Origin: Bacillota bacterium
Lineage (GTDB): Bacteria > Bacillota > Clostridia > Christensenellales > UMGS416
Assembly: GCA_023435705.1 (NCBI GenBank)
Contig: JAEYRH010000016.1
Location: forward strand, 490,890 to 554,889
Length of the DNA: 64,000 nt
Direction of reading: 5' to 3'
The stretch's first letter is position 1, and each line of letters opens with the position of its first letter. The notes beneath the pieces were generated by a model. The model searched no databases. It worked only from the letters and a program-made list of their open reading frames with translations, and had not been told where the DNA came from. This document shows, piece by piece, positions 1-9,707 of the stretch. The position numbers and the translations under genes were made by a program.

Positions 1-523
1 GCTCCATGATGTCGTTGATGCCGGAGGTGACAATCTGCACATTGTCCAGCAGGAAATTCAGATAGTAACCCATGAACTGCGCCAACGGGGCTGAGCTTCG
101 GGCTCCCAGCACATAAACACGGTGAGAATTATATACCAGATCCACCACCTGATCGAATTCCTCGGCATCGATGCTCTCGATGGTCTGCCTCAGGTTGCTC
201 ATGTCTGCCCGAAGCACGGTGCGCAGCACCATGGAGCGGCTCATATCACTGGTCATCTCCATGCGCTGCAGCGTGGTCAGGCGGTTGCGCACCATGTCCT
301 GAAGGGCCTTCTGCAGCTGCGGATAACCGGAATAGCCCAGATCCATCGCAAACCGCACCACCGTGGATTCACTCACGCCCACGCTGTCGCCCAAGCGCAG
401 CGCAGTCATATAGGCGGCCTTGTCATAGTTCTTCATAATGAAGTCCGCAATGCGCTTCTGACCCTTGCTCATATCGGGAAGTGACGCTTCAATGCGTTGG
501 CTCAGGTCTTTCGTATCCGGCAT
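1..523 (-). CDS. RpiR/MurR-family transcriptional regulator, N-terminal part (3' end lies beyond the left window edge)
   Basis: Own minus-strand translation from ATG 523-521 (GAGGTG SD 6 nt upstream): MPDTKDLSQRIEASLPDMSKGQKRIADFIMKNYDKAAYMTALRLGDSVGVSESTVVRFAMDLGYSGYPQLQKAL. This is an HTH_6/RpiR motif. The frame stays open to position 1, into the start of a SIS-like domain (VYVLGARSS). Confidence 0.8.
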   Translation of the reverse strand, partial: MPDTKDLSQRIEASLPDMSKGQKRIADFIMKNYDKAAYMTALRLGDSVGVSESTVVRFAMDLGYSGYPQLQKALQDMVRNRLTTLQRMEMTSDMSRSMVLRTVLRADMSNLRQTIESIDAEEFDQVVDLVYNSHRVYVLGARSSAPLAQFMGYYLNFLLDNVQIVTSGINDIME

Positions 524-554
524 GAGATCACCTCAGCGTTTTTCTGACTCTATT

Positions 555-1328
555 TTACACAAAATCCAGCATTTGTTCAAACTTTTGCACATGGGCTGCC
601 ACATCGGCCAGCACAGAGTCATCGGTCAGGTCAAACCGAAGAGGGGTCACAGTGATATAACTGCTCTCCAGCCAAGAATCGTCGGTGTCGGATTCATGAG
701 ACGCCGGGATCTTGTCGCCAGCCAGCCAGTAATACTTCCGCCCCCTGGGATCTTCCCTCTCCAGATAATTCTCACCATAGTCCAGCACGCCAAGCCGGGT
801 CACCTTGATGCCCCTGGGAGCACCCTGTGGGATGTTGATGTTGATCAAGGTGCCGAAGGGCATCGGAAACTTCATCGCGATGCCCACCGCCTGCCGTGCC
901 CAGCGGGCCGCCAGGTCAAAATCCCAGTTGTCACCCCAGCCCAATGACACCGCAATGGACGGGATACCCTGCATGGCTCCCTCCATCGCGGCAGACACGG
1001 TGCCGGAAAAGAGCACGTCGGTGCCCAGATTGGCACCCCGGTTGATGCCGGAGACCACAAGGTCCGGCTTTTCATGAAACACCCGGTCAATGGCAAGCTT
1101 CACACAGTCTGTGGGGGTGCCGTCCACACTGTAACTTGGGAAAGGAATGCCGGGCAAAGATACCTTTTCCAGCCGAAGCGGCCTGCTCATCGTGAGCGCC
1201 CGGCCCACAGCGCTTTGCTCGTTTTCCGGCGCGCACACGATTACTTCCCCGAATGCCGATACCGCTCCGGCCAGCGCGGCGATGCCGGGAGCGCGGATTC
1301 CATCGTCATTTGCTACAAGGATTTTCAT
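555..1328 (-). CDS. surE: 5'/3'-nucleotidase SurE
   Basis: MKILVANDDGIRAPGI... N-terminus is typical of SurE. GGAG lies 8 nt upstream of ATG 1328; the ORF-track start at 1337 is a GTG inside the SD. Confidence 0.9.
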   Translation of the reverse strand: MKILVANDDGIRAPGIAALAGAVSAFGEVIVCAPENEQSAVGRALTMSRPLRLEKVSLPGIPFPSYSVDGTPTDCVKLAIDRVFHEKPDLVVSGINRGANLGTDVLFSGTVSAAMEGAMQGIPSIAVSLGWGDNWDFDLAARWARQAVGIAMKFPMPFGTLININIPQGAPRGIKVTRLGVLDYGENYLEREDPRGRKYYWLAGDKIPASHESDTDDSWLESSYITVTPLRFDLTDDSVLADVAAHVQKFEQMLDFV

Positions 1329-1414
1329 GAAGTACACTCCATATCAAATTGCTGTTCGTCAGAAGTATACCATCCACAGTCAGATAGATACAGGCAATCT
1401 TGGTATGATGCTGG

Positions 1415-4400
1415 TTATAATAAAACTCTTACTTCCTCCCCCACCGACAGCAAATAGAGATATGCCTCCGCAACCTCAATGCCGGTGATTTCCTCCAACG
1501 CCGTGCGGTAAGTCAGGATCTGCGGGCGGTAGTGTGTCGCGATGGCCTGGGTGGTGTTGCGGCTGTCCACACGGTTGGTCTTATAATCCAGCAGCACCCA
1601 TTTGCCATCCTCAACAAAACAGCAGTCAATGATGCCCTGCACCAGGATCTCCTCCTCACCGGTTTCACCGGGAAAGACCACATGGGCCGGCACAGCCAGA
1701 TTGAAGGGCAGCTCCTGCCGCACATCGGACGAATGGCGCATGCGCCGGGCGATGTCCGATTGGTAAAAGCGGATAATCCAGTCCATATTGATGGCTTCGG
1801 CTGCGCCTTCCGGCAGCAGGCCCCGCCGCTCCAAGGCGGCCACCGCCTGCGGGATGGCGGCATTCTCCAGGTTGATATCCAGCAATTGCAGGGCTGTGTG
1901 CACGAAGGTGCCCAGGTCGGTGGCGCTGAAGGCCTTGCGTTGCTCCAGAAACCGGGGCACCCGGCGGATCTCCGGGGCTGGAATGGGGCCGCGCCAGTTG
2001 CGGTCGCGGTCCAGGAGCGAGGTGGCCGAAACCTTGCCGGGTAATGCTGACACATCACCCCAAGGGTAGCGCCAGGCAAATGCTTCCGCCAGCTCCTGTG
2101 AAACCGCCGTTTCCTCCGCAGCAGCCAGCAACCGATCCATTGCGGCGGCACGGTCTGCCTGCACCGGGCGAAGGGCTTTAATTTCTGCACCGGGCAGCAC
2201 GGTGATCTGCCAGCTTCTTGGGCTGTCGGGCAGCGGGGCGGCATCCAGCCCATAGGGAGCAAATGCATCCACACCGGAAGGTGTGCGCACAGCCATAGCC
2301 CCCAGCCAGTCCACCCAGCTGCGCATCCGGCTGGACAGCCCTGCGGGGGAAACGGGCAGCACCCATTTTTGCAGCCTCTTGGCAAGGTTTGGCACGGTGC
2401 CCACCATGATCAACCGTTCGCGAGCCCTTGTGACCGCCACATAGAGCATGCGCATTTCTTCGCTCAGTGTGTCTTGCCGGATGCGCTCCGCCAAAGCCGC
2501 ACGGGCCAGCGTGTCGGCGCGGGTGCGCTTGGCGGCGTTGAAATAACGGGGCCCCAGGCCCAACTCGCCATGGATCAGCATGCTGTCGGTCATGTCCAGC
2601 ATGTTCATCGGCTTGCCCACGTTGGCCAGGATCACGACGGGGAACTCCAGCCCCTTGGACTTGTGCACACTCATGATCGTGACGGCTCCGGCAGCCTGGC
2701 CGGTTGGGCGTGGCCGGACGGTGGCGGCCAGCGCCGCGAAATCATGGATGAAGTCATAGAGCCTGCCGGAATACACACGGCCCATCTCGGCAAGCTGCTT
2801 GATGTTGGCCTGCCTGCGCTCGCCTTGCGGCAATGTGCCGGCGTAGTCGAGAAAGCCCGCATCGTCACATACGCGGTAAACGAGCTTCTCCACGTCGGTA
2901 TGCATGGAGACGGCGCGCCAACGGCTCAGTTGATCGAGAAACGCGCCAACTCTTTCGGAAAGATCTGTATCATATTGTGCGCGATATTGGGCCACCGCGC
3001 CGGCGAAGCTGCCCTCACGGAACAAGCCCCGCACCTCCAACAAGTCCTCAAGAGAAAACTGCCCGAAGGGTGAATGCATGCTTGTGATGAGCTCATAATC
3101 CCGCTGCGAGTTGTCGATGAGCCGCAGCAGGTTGATGAGCAGCTCCACCTCCAGCTCGCCGGCAAAACCGCCCTCCGCCTCGGCATAAACCGGCAAACCA
3201 GCCCGGCGGAACACCTCGGCATACTCGGCAGCCACACCGGATACAGTGCGCAGCAGCACCACAATGTCGTTTGGCCGCACCTTGCGAAACGTGTTGGCCT
3301 TGCCATCCCAGATGTCGGTGCCCAGCAGCGACTGAATGCGGCTTGCCGCCACAGTGGCTTCCCGCTCGATCTGCACCAACTCCTGTAGCCGGGTCAGTTC
3401 CTCCTCGCCCTTTCCCTCGTTGTCGATCAGCACCAGTTCATTGGCGCAGTCTCTCATCACCACATCGGGTTGCGGCGCTCCCAGCACCAATGCCTCCCCA
3501 CCGGCATAGTCCACGCCGCCTAGCTGCCGTGACATGAGGTTTGAGAAAAGGTAGTTGGCCAGCTCAACCACGCGGTTGGCGCTGCGGAAGTTTCGGTTGA
3601 GGTCGATTCGCTGCTCGGCAGCGCCTGGCTTTCGGCTGGCACCAAGCAACCGGCTGATGAAGATCTCAGGCTCCGCAGAGCGAAAGCGGTAGATGCTCTG
3701 CTTCACGTCGCCCACGCAGAAGAACGCGCCGGGGCGGCTCACCCGCCGCAGCAACTCATCCTGGATGGGGCTTATGTCCTGGTATTCGTCCACAAACACG
3801 AAATCGAAACTCTCGCGCACTTCCTCCCGTACGGCTTCGTCATCAAGCACGGCAAGCGCCAGGTGCTCCAGGTCGGAAAAGTCCAGCACATTGGCATAGC
3901 GCTTTTCGGCAGTATACCTTTGATCGAACGCCTCCACCAATTGGCAGAGGGCCCTCATCTGCGGCAGCATCGCGCGGGTGCGCTCCACAGCACACTCCAT
4001 ATCGCAGACAACGGGGTTTTCCCGCGCTTTCTTTACGAGCTTTTTGGATTCCTCCCGCTGCTCTTTGGCAAGCTCGCCCAGGCCAGTGTCGTTTGGATCC
4101 TTCCAGGCAGGCAAGCGGCCAAACAAACCGGGGTTTGCCAATGCCTGACTAAGCTCCTCCAAATCACCCTGCTCACACAACACGGCCAGTGACCGCACAG
4201 CACAGAGTTCTTCGGCAAGCCTCACCAGGTAGCTCTGGGGTCCTTGTGGGTGCGAAGCGATCCGGATTGCCTCCTCCAACGCTTCAGCGGCCAGTGCCAG
4301 GTTTTGCAAAAGCTTGTCATATAGCACGGCAACCCAAGGTGTGACTGTGGCATCGGCAAAGTCAAAACACTCCACCTTTGCCGCGAGCCATTGCATGGGA

Positions 4401-4948
4401 TTCGGCTGGTTGCGTGCGCTGTAATAGATCTTTCTGACCAGGTCTGCCAGACCACCGCCAGCCCTACCGCCCCAACAGTCTGCCAGAGCGATAAAGTCAT
4501 CATTGCCTACCTCGAAGCAATCGTCGAGGGTGGCTTCCAGCGCCTCGTCGAAGATGCCCTGGGTGATGCTGTCATCCTCCGTCTTGAAGGTGGGCTCGAT
4601 GCCGGCAGTGTTGTAGTGCTGGCGGAGGATCTCACCGCAGAAGGAATGGAGCGTGCCGATCATCGCCCGGTCGATCTTGACGAGCTGGTCGTTGATTCTT
4701 CTTGCGTCAGCCGGATTATCATCAATGGCCTTGATCAATCGCTGCACGATGCGCTCGCGCATCTCCGCTGCCGCAGCCCTTGTGAAGGTGGCGATCAGCA
4801 TGCGCTCCAGGTCTGCCCCCTCCTCCAGCACCAGAGTGCAAATGCGCTCCACCAGCACGGCCGTCTTGCCGGACCCTGCTGCCGCGGAAACAATGAGGTT
4901 GCAGCCGCGCTGCCGGATCACCTGGTTTTGCTCACCGGTCCATTTCAT
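1415..4948 (-). CDS. addA: ATP-dependent helicase/nuclease subunit A (AddA)
   Basis: UvrD-type Walker A (SAAAGSGKTAVLVERI) plus a RecB-type nuclease C-terminus (GIIDCCF...LLDYKT). Start set at ATG 4948 (MKWTGEQNQVI); the 69 upstream codons of the ORF overlap the addB 3' end. Confidence 0.9.
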   Translation of the reverse strand: MKWTGEQNQVIRQRGCNLIVSAAAGSGKTAVLVERICTLVLEEGADLERMLIATFTRAAAAEMRERIVQRLIKAIDDNPADARRINDQLVKIDRAMIGTLHSFCGEILRQHYNTAGIEPTFKTEDDSITQGIFDEALEATLDDCFEVGNDDFIALADCWGGRAGGGLADLVRKIYYSARNQPNPMQWLAAKVECFDFADATVTPWVAVLYDKLLQNLALAAEALEEAIRIASHPQGPQSYLVRLAEELCAVRSLAVLCEQGDLEELSQALANPGLFGRLPAWKDPNDTGLGELAKEQREESKKLVKKARENPVVCDMECAVERTRAMLPQMRALCQLVEAFDQRYTAEKRYANVLDFSDLEHLALAVLDDEAVREEVRESFDFVFVDEYQDISPIQDELLRRVSRPGAFFCVGDVKQSIYRFRSAEPEIFISRLLGASRKPGAAEQRIDLNRNFRSANRVVELANYLFSNLMSRQLGGVDYAGGEALVLGAPQPDVVMRDCANELVLIDNEGKGEEELTRLQELVQIEREATVAASRIQSLLGTDIWDGKANTFRKVRPNDIVVLLRTVSGVAAEYAEVFRRAGLPVYAEAEGGFAGELEVELLINLLRLIDNSQRDYELITSMHSPFGQFSLEDLLEVRGLFREGSFAGAVAQYRAQYDTDLSERVGAFLDQLSRWRAVSMHTDVEKLVYRVCDDAGFLDYAGTLPQGERRQANIKQLAEMGRVYSGRLYDFIHDFAALAATVRPRPTGQAAGAVTIMSVHKSKGLEFPVVILANVGKPMNMLDMTDSMLIHGELGLGPRYFNAAKRTRADTLARAALAERIRQDTLSEEMRMLYVAVTRARERLIMVGTVPNLAKRLQKWVLPVSPAGLSSRMRSWVDWLGAMAVRTPSGVDAFAPYGLDAAPLPDSPRSWQITVLPGAEIKALRPVQADRAAAMDRLLAAAEETAVSQELAEAFAWRYPWGDVSALPGKVSATSLLDRDRNWRGPIPAPEIRRVPRFLEQRKAFSATDLGTFVHTALQLLDINLENAAIPQAVAALERRGLLPEGAAEAINMDWIIRFYQSDIARRMRHSSDVRQELPFNLAVPAHVVFPGETGEEEILVQGIIDCCFVEDGKWVLLDYKTNRVDSRNTTQAIATHYRPQILTYRTALEEITGIEVAEAYLYLLSVGEEVRVLL

Positions 4949-7900
4949 CGCCGCTCTCCCCCTTCTCCGCCAGCATCTGGTCGATTGTTTCATTGTCAAG
5001 AAGGGCCCGGTAACGTTTGGGGTCACACACATCAAACCGGCACAAAGCGCCGTAGGGGCAACTGCCGCAGGCTGTCTCCTTGCCGCTGCGCCATGGCTTG
5101 GTCCCGACGTGTCCCTTCCGGATGCTTGCGATAGACTCCCGCGCGTTGCCGGCAATCAGCTCCAGCGCCTTGTCCACAGTTTTGTTGTCGTGCACACCTG
5201 ATTTACGCGATGCGTTGAATCCGTAAAGCTCCGACTTGCCGCCGGCTGCATTGCGATCCATTGCAGCGATCACGGCGGTGTCATTCAGGCACCAGCCCCG
5301 CATCCGCAGCGCTTTCCGGCGCTCCTGCTCCTCCTCATCGCCTTCCTCCACCCACGGGTCAATGAGCGGGAAGATGAACGCCCCAGCCGCCACCGCCGGC
5401 CTGCCGCCCACACGGGCCCAGAGCTGCCGCAAGGCGTAAAGATAAAGCCACGTCTGCATATCGAGGCCGTTCACAGCATCGTGTACGTCGATGGTGGCGC
5501 GGCCGCTTTTGTAATCGATCACGCGCAGGAAATCAGTCTCACCGGCCCGCCACACATCCATGCGGTCAATGCGGCCCTGCAGATAGCAATGGGAACCGTC
5601 GGGCATTTGAATCGCCGCCGGAGGAAAGCTGCCCTTGCCAAACCGCACCTCTTGCCCATATGGTACGAAATCACCACTCAAGAGCTGCCGGGCAAAGGTC
5701 GCCGCCGCCACGGTGCATGTGCGCTGCAAATTGCCACCCGTCCAGCTGAGCCGGGCAGAACCCTTGAGCAGGCCATACTGAAACTCGTCAGCCAGCCTGG
5801 CTGTCTCCCCCATCATCATCGTGGCCACTTGTCCTTCGTCCAGATTGCCAAGATCAAACCGGATGGCCTGCAACCGCTGGCTGAAGCGCTCCATCGCAGC
5901 ATGCATGAAAAGGCCGGCGTCAGCGCTCTCAACACCGTGCTGCCGCCATGGCTGGGGCACCAGCACATAATCCACGAAGTGCCGAAACGGGCAGTTCCAA
6001 TAAGCTTCCAGTTGGCTGGCCGACATGGCAGTGGCGTTGCCCAGTGCCAGGCCCGCAGCCGGAAGGTATTCACGCAGCGGCTCTCCCGCAACGCCTTGCA
6101 TGAGCCCCATCAAACGGCTTCGGTAGTCAGGCTCAGACAGATACCAATGCATGGCGGGTAGCAGATCCCCGCCGGGTTCAGCGCCTTCCGCCGCCAACCG
6201 CAGCCTGAGCGGCAGCCTCGCAAATCCCGCTGCCGCAGTGGAGGGACGGGCAGCTAAATCGGAAGCATCCAGCACGTCACCGGGGTCAAGACTCAGCAGC
6301 TCGCGGATGCGCTCCACAATGCGGTCCGGCTTGACATCCCCCTGCTCGGGCCAGCTCACATAAAGGCCCGATGCGCCTTTGGCGATGGCCTGATAGAGCG
6401 CAAACCGCTGCTGCGATTCCTTGAGCGCGCTGCCACGGCCCACCTCCACGCCCAGCGCCGCCAATGCGTCAATGTCGCGGCCAGTCAAAATACCGCCGCT
6501 TTCCGGGGCCACGGCGGACAGGCTGCCGTCGGAAGCGCCCAGGATCAGCATGTATTTCAACCCGCTGTATTTCGCCCGGCCAATGCTGCCCACCTGCACT
6601 TGATCCACACCGGTGGGCAAGATGCCCTCCTCCACGGCTTCCAAACCGCTTTGCAGGATAGCCCGGAAACCAGCGGCATCCAGCTCCTCGTCGCCAATGA
6701 TCTCATCCATTTGGTCAATCAGGTCGATCACGGCATTCCACACCCGCTCGGTCACTGCGGCTTCCTCCAGAAGCCCCTCCCGCTTGAGCGATGCCGCCTG
6801 AGCGTCCAGCCGCTCGTCCAGCTTGTGATCGGCAAGCAGCCCATACAGCGCCTTGGCCCAACTGCTCCCCGGCGCCTTTTTGCCGCCTGCCCGCTTGACC
6901 AGCGCCTGTGCAAGCTCATAGATGGCTTTACGGCTTTTGTTGAGCTCCACAAGATCAAAGGTGTCCTGCCCCTTCTCCCAATCCCTGGCCCACATGCGGG
7001 CTCCGCGGGGGGCAAAGGCTGTGAGCCACACCTCCAACCGATCCGCCACCTCTGCACCCACGCCCGCAAAGCCGGTCTTGACCAACCTCAGCACATCGTC
7101 TGTGCGGTAATCACGCTCAATCACGCGAATGAGCGACAGGAGGAACCGCACCGCCGGGTGGCCGATAATGGCCTTGCGGCTGTCGATGAAAACAGGGATG
7201 CCGTTTCGGGCGAACGCCCTGCTCACAATAGGCCCATAAGCGTTGAGGTCGCCGCACTGCACGGCCACCTCCCGCCAGCGCAGGCCCTCACGACGCACAT
7301 GCTCCACAATCCAAACACCAGCGGCCTCGACCTCTTCCTCTGGGGATGAGGACTGACACAGTGTGACACCGCCCTCCGCCCGCTTTGGATCCGTTGGCCA
7401 TGCAAACAGCGCCCGCTCCAAATGGGCCACATCCGGCGGCATGGCCCGCTGCCGCTCTCCGGCGCGCAGGTGTGTCCACTTGATGTCCGCCCCCAGCCCT
7501 TCCGCAATGGCGCTCAACCTTGAAATATTCCATTGTGCCGCCCTGAACAGGCCGGTGTCGGCGCTTTCAAAGCCGTCATAATCCAACGTCACTGTCACAG
7601 ACTCCGCCAACGCAAGCAGCTCGCCGATCATCCGGCAATGCTGTGGGGAGAGCGTGTCAAATCCGTCGAAATAGAAAGCGCAACCTCGGAGAAACTCGGC
7701 CCTGGCGATGGCATCAATGAAGCCATTGAACCGGTCCGCACTGTCTATAAAGCTACGGGCTTCCAGAACCGAACTATATTCCCGATAGATTGTGGCGATG
7801 TCTTTCGTCTTTGCCCTGAGCGCGCCCTTTGCCGCTTGGGATGCCGTGAGGAGCTCATCCGGCGCCACATCATAACGCTTCAGTTCGGCAATCAACCGCA

Positions 7901-8264
7901 CCATACCCTGTGAAAAGCCCTGAAATGCCAGCACCGGCCGGAAGGCATCCAACTCACCCGCAACGCGCGATGCAGCCGCCCGCAGAGCCATCGCCAGGCC
8001 TGACTCGCCCACAGCGGTGCGTCGGCTCTGCTCCACCTGGGCAAAGACCTCCTCAGCCAGGCGGGTGGGGCTGGTCACACGGGCTTGCAGAAAGCCCTTC
8101 TTGCCAAGAGCTGCCAGAAGTTCCTTCTCTGTTTGCAATGTGTATTGCTCCGGCACGACCACATAGACCGGCTTAGGGCCGGCCTCCATGTGGCGTTTGA
8201 CCACATCATACACCCACGTGGACTTGCCGGAACCGGCCCGGCCGGCCACAAATCTGAGCAGCAT
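4932..8264 (-). CDS. addB: ATP-dependent helicase/deoxyribonuclease subunit B (AddB), Fe-S nuclease type
   Basis: Walker A GRAGSGKST. The C-terminal Cys cluster (...CGSCPYGALC...) is typical of the AddB iron-sulfur nuclease domain. The stop overlaps the addA start by 17 nt. GGAGG lies 7 nt upstream of ATG 8264 (ATG 8270 also possible). Confidence 0.9.
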   Translation of the reverse strand: MLLRFVAGRAGSGKSTWVYDVVKRHMEAGPKPVYVVVPEQYTLQTEKELLAALGKKGFLQARVTSPTRLAEEVFAQVEQSRRTAVGESGLAMALRAAASRVAGELDAFRPVLAFQGFSQGMVRLIAELKRYDVAPDELLTASQAAKGALRAKTKDIATIYREYSSVLEARSFIDSADRFNGFIDAIARAEFLRGCAFYFDGFDTLSPQHCRMIGELLALAESVTVTLDYDGFESADTGLFRAAQWNISRLSAIAEGLGADIKWTHLRAGERQRAMPPDVAHLERALFAWPTDPKRAEGGVTLCQSSSPEEEVEAAGVWIVEHVRREGLRWREVAVQCGDLNAYGPIVSRAFARNGIPVFIDSRKAIIGHPAVRFLLSLIRVIERDYRTDDVLRLVKTGFAGVGAEVADRLEVWLTAFAPRGARMWARDWEKGQDTFDLVELNKSRKAIYELAQALVKRAGGKKAPGSSWAKALYGLLADHKLDERLDAQAASLKREGLLEEAAVTERVWNAVIDLIDQMDEIIGDEELDAAGFRAILQSGLEAVEEGILPTGVDQVQVGSIGRAKYSGLKYMLILGASDGSLSAVAPESGGILTGRDIDALAALGVEVGRGSALKESQQRFALYQAIAKGASGLYVSWPEQGDVKPDRIVERIRELLSLDPGDVLDASDLAARPSTAAAGFARLPLRLRLAAEGAEPGGDLLPAMHWYLSEPDYRSRLMGLMQGVAGEPLREYLPAAGLALGNATAMSASQLEAYWNCPFRHFVDYVLVPQPWRQHGVESADAGLFMHAAMERFSQRLQAIRFDLGNLDEGQVATMMMGETARLADEFQYGLLKGSARLSWTGGNLQRTCTVAAATFARQLLSGDFVPYGQEVRFGKGSFPPAAIQMPDGSHCYLQGRIDRMDVWRAGETDFLRVIDYKSGRATIDVHDAVNGLDMQTWLYLYALRQLWARVGGRPAVAAGAFIFPLIDPWVEEGDEEEQERRKALRMRGWCLNDTAVIAAMDRNAAGGKSELYGFNASRKSGVHDNKTVDKALELIAGNARESIASIRKGHVGTKPWRSGKETACGSCPYGALCRFDVCDPKRYRALLDNETIDQMLAEKGESGDEMDR

Positions 8265-8402
8265 CAGCATCCCTCCTGTCGGTGGGAATCAATGGATATA
8301 TTGATTGTACTATATCTGGTGTGCCAAATGCAGCAGGAATAACAAGAATTTGACAGAATGCCCTATTCTTGTGGAAATGGCAAATATCTGCGGGCCGCAT
8401 AA

Positions 8403-8592
8403 ACTCCCTCCACTGCCTTCGGCAGCACCTCCCTCATTTACCCCCACCGCCTTCGGCGGTGTCACCCCTTAGAGGGGTGATATAGAGGGAGGCAAGGAGA
8501 TCTCCGAAAATGGTATACTTGTCCCCCTCTTGAGGGGGATGTCACAATATCACAGCGTTATGCTGCGATATTGATGACAGGTGGAGTTACCT
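8403..8592. repeat. GC-rich modular nested-hairpin intergenic repeat, copy A
   Basis: Hairpins at 8413-8425 (C-UUCG-G loop), 8445-8461 (UUCG loop), 8462-8480, 8522-8539 (CUUG loop), and imperfect at 8546-8571. An outer stem CCTCCCTC 8428-8435 / GAGGGAGG 8485-8492 encloses two of them. Three blocks match copy B in reverse complement, in the same order: 8484-8496, 8518-8543 (26/26) and 8576-8590 (14/15). Confidence 0.75.
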
Positions 8593-9546
8593 AACATACG
8601 ACTTCAACAGCACCAACCTGCCATCTAGCTCCACAGCCCCGGCAGCCGCTGGGCTTACGAAGGTGTCGCCGAGAGCGACGTCAAAGCATTTCGCGCCATC
8701 TTTCCAGACTGAACCGCTGCCATCAATGGCTGTGTAGGCGGCAAAACCATGATGGCCGTGATCAACAAATGGCCCGGTGACCTCCAGCTTTTCCAGCGTG
8801 AAATGGGGATTACCAATATATCGGGTACGGACACAATTGCTCTCACATGTCACAGTTCCTGTCACAGGACCATAGCCTGGATAAGCCCTCACTACTCGAA
8901 GAGCCTCATCAATATGCAGCTCACGGGGCTTGCCGGTGGCGGCATCCACCCTGCCCCAGTCATAGAGCCGGTAGGTCGTATCCGAATTCTGCTGCACCTC
9001 ATAGGCCACGATACCCGCCGTGAGCGCGTGCACCATACCGGCGGGGATATCCAGCACATCGCCTGGCTTCACGGCAAGCCTGTGCAATTTGCTTTCTATT
9101 ACGCCAGCCTGCGCCGCAGCAGCGAATTCCTCCACTGTGCCTTCTATGCCATAGATGAGCTCGGCTCTCTCCGGGCAGGCCAGCACCACCCAGGCCTCGG
9201 CCTTGCCGGCTTCGCCGGGGCGGCAGTTGTCGTCACCGGGGTGCACCTGCACGGATAGATTACCCGAGGCACCCAACAGCTTGATCAGAAGCGGAAACTT
9301 TTCATAAGAAGCTGCACCATAAAAGCTTTCGCCTTTCGCGTAATCACCAAACGGCATGCAAGCATCAGACACGGTCGCAATCAATGACTGGCCCTTTGGG
9401 TGCGCTGAGACTTCCCAGCTTTCGCCAATGTCATCGGAAGGGATATTCTTGCCCAAAGTATCGCGCAGTTGTGTACCTCCCCAAATGTAAGAAAAGTACT
9501 TCGGAACAAGCTTCACCGGAACATTGTGCATCGCGACAGACCGCAT
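8587..9546 (-). CDS. manA: Class I mannose-6-phosphate isomerase
   Basis: KYFSYIWGG..., ESWEVSAHP..., LSVQVHPGDD cupin motifs of Firmicute-type PMI. GAGGTG lies 6 nt upstream of ATG 9546 (the ORF-track GTG 9555 lies in the SD). Confidence 0.8.
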   Translation of the reverse strand: MRSVAMHNVPVKLVPKYFSYIWGGTQLRDTLGKNIPSDDIGESWEVSAHPKGQSLIATVSDACMPFGDYAKGESFYGAASYEKFPLLIKLLGASGNLSVQVHPGDDNCRPGEAGKAEAWVVLACPERAELIYGIEGTVEEFAAAAQAGVIESKLHRLAVKPGDVLDIPAGMVHALTAGIVAYEVQQNSDTTYRLYDWGRVDAATGKPRELHIDEALRVVRAYPGYGPVTGTVTCESNCVRTRYIGNPHFTLEKLEVTGPFVDHGHHGFAAYTAIDGSGSVWKDGAKCFDVALGDTFVSPAAAGAVELDGRLVLLKSYVR

Positions 9547-9647
9547 TGCGCTCACCTCAGTGACATGTTACATCATTTGCCCGTTATTTGGTAGGATCAG
9601 CAGGCTCAATATGCCAAGAACAAACGGAAGGAATCTTTCTGGATTCC

Positions 9648-9676
9648 TTGTTGAAACTATCTGCGGTTGATATAAT
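9648..9676 (+). promoter_or_regulatory. Putative sigma-A promoter (TTGTTG-17-TATAAT) for the 9708 gene
   Basis: -35 at 9648-9653, 17-nt spacer, perfect TATAAT at 9671-9676. It lies inside the N-terminal extension of ORF 9588, which argues for the downstream start. Confidence 0.45.
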
Positions 9677-9707
9677 GATGCATGGATTATACTATCCGGA
9701 GTCATGT

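Noticed and set aside
4949-5155. 69-codon N-terminal extension of the addA ORF (MPATRGSLSQ...).
   Set aside because: It lies entirely inside the addB 3' coding region and is Arg/Ala-rich with no helicase similarity. The conserved AddA N-terminus begins at ATG 4948, in the usual addB-stop/addA-start overlap.
8401-8580. Possible CRISPR array, suggested by the many short GC palindromes.
   Set aside because: The hairpins differ in sequence and there is no regularly spaced identical repeat of 24-40 nt. There are no spacers of uniform length and no cas genes. The pattern fits a REP-like element instead.
9588-9707. N-terminal 40 codons of ORF 9588-10832 (TTG start).
   Set aside because: This segment contains a TTGTTG-17-TATAAT promoter, and the first SD (GGAG 9697) precedes ATG 9708. 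The extension is most likely untranslated.
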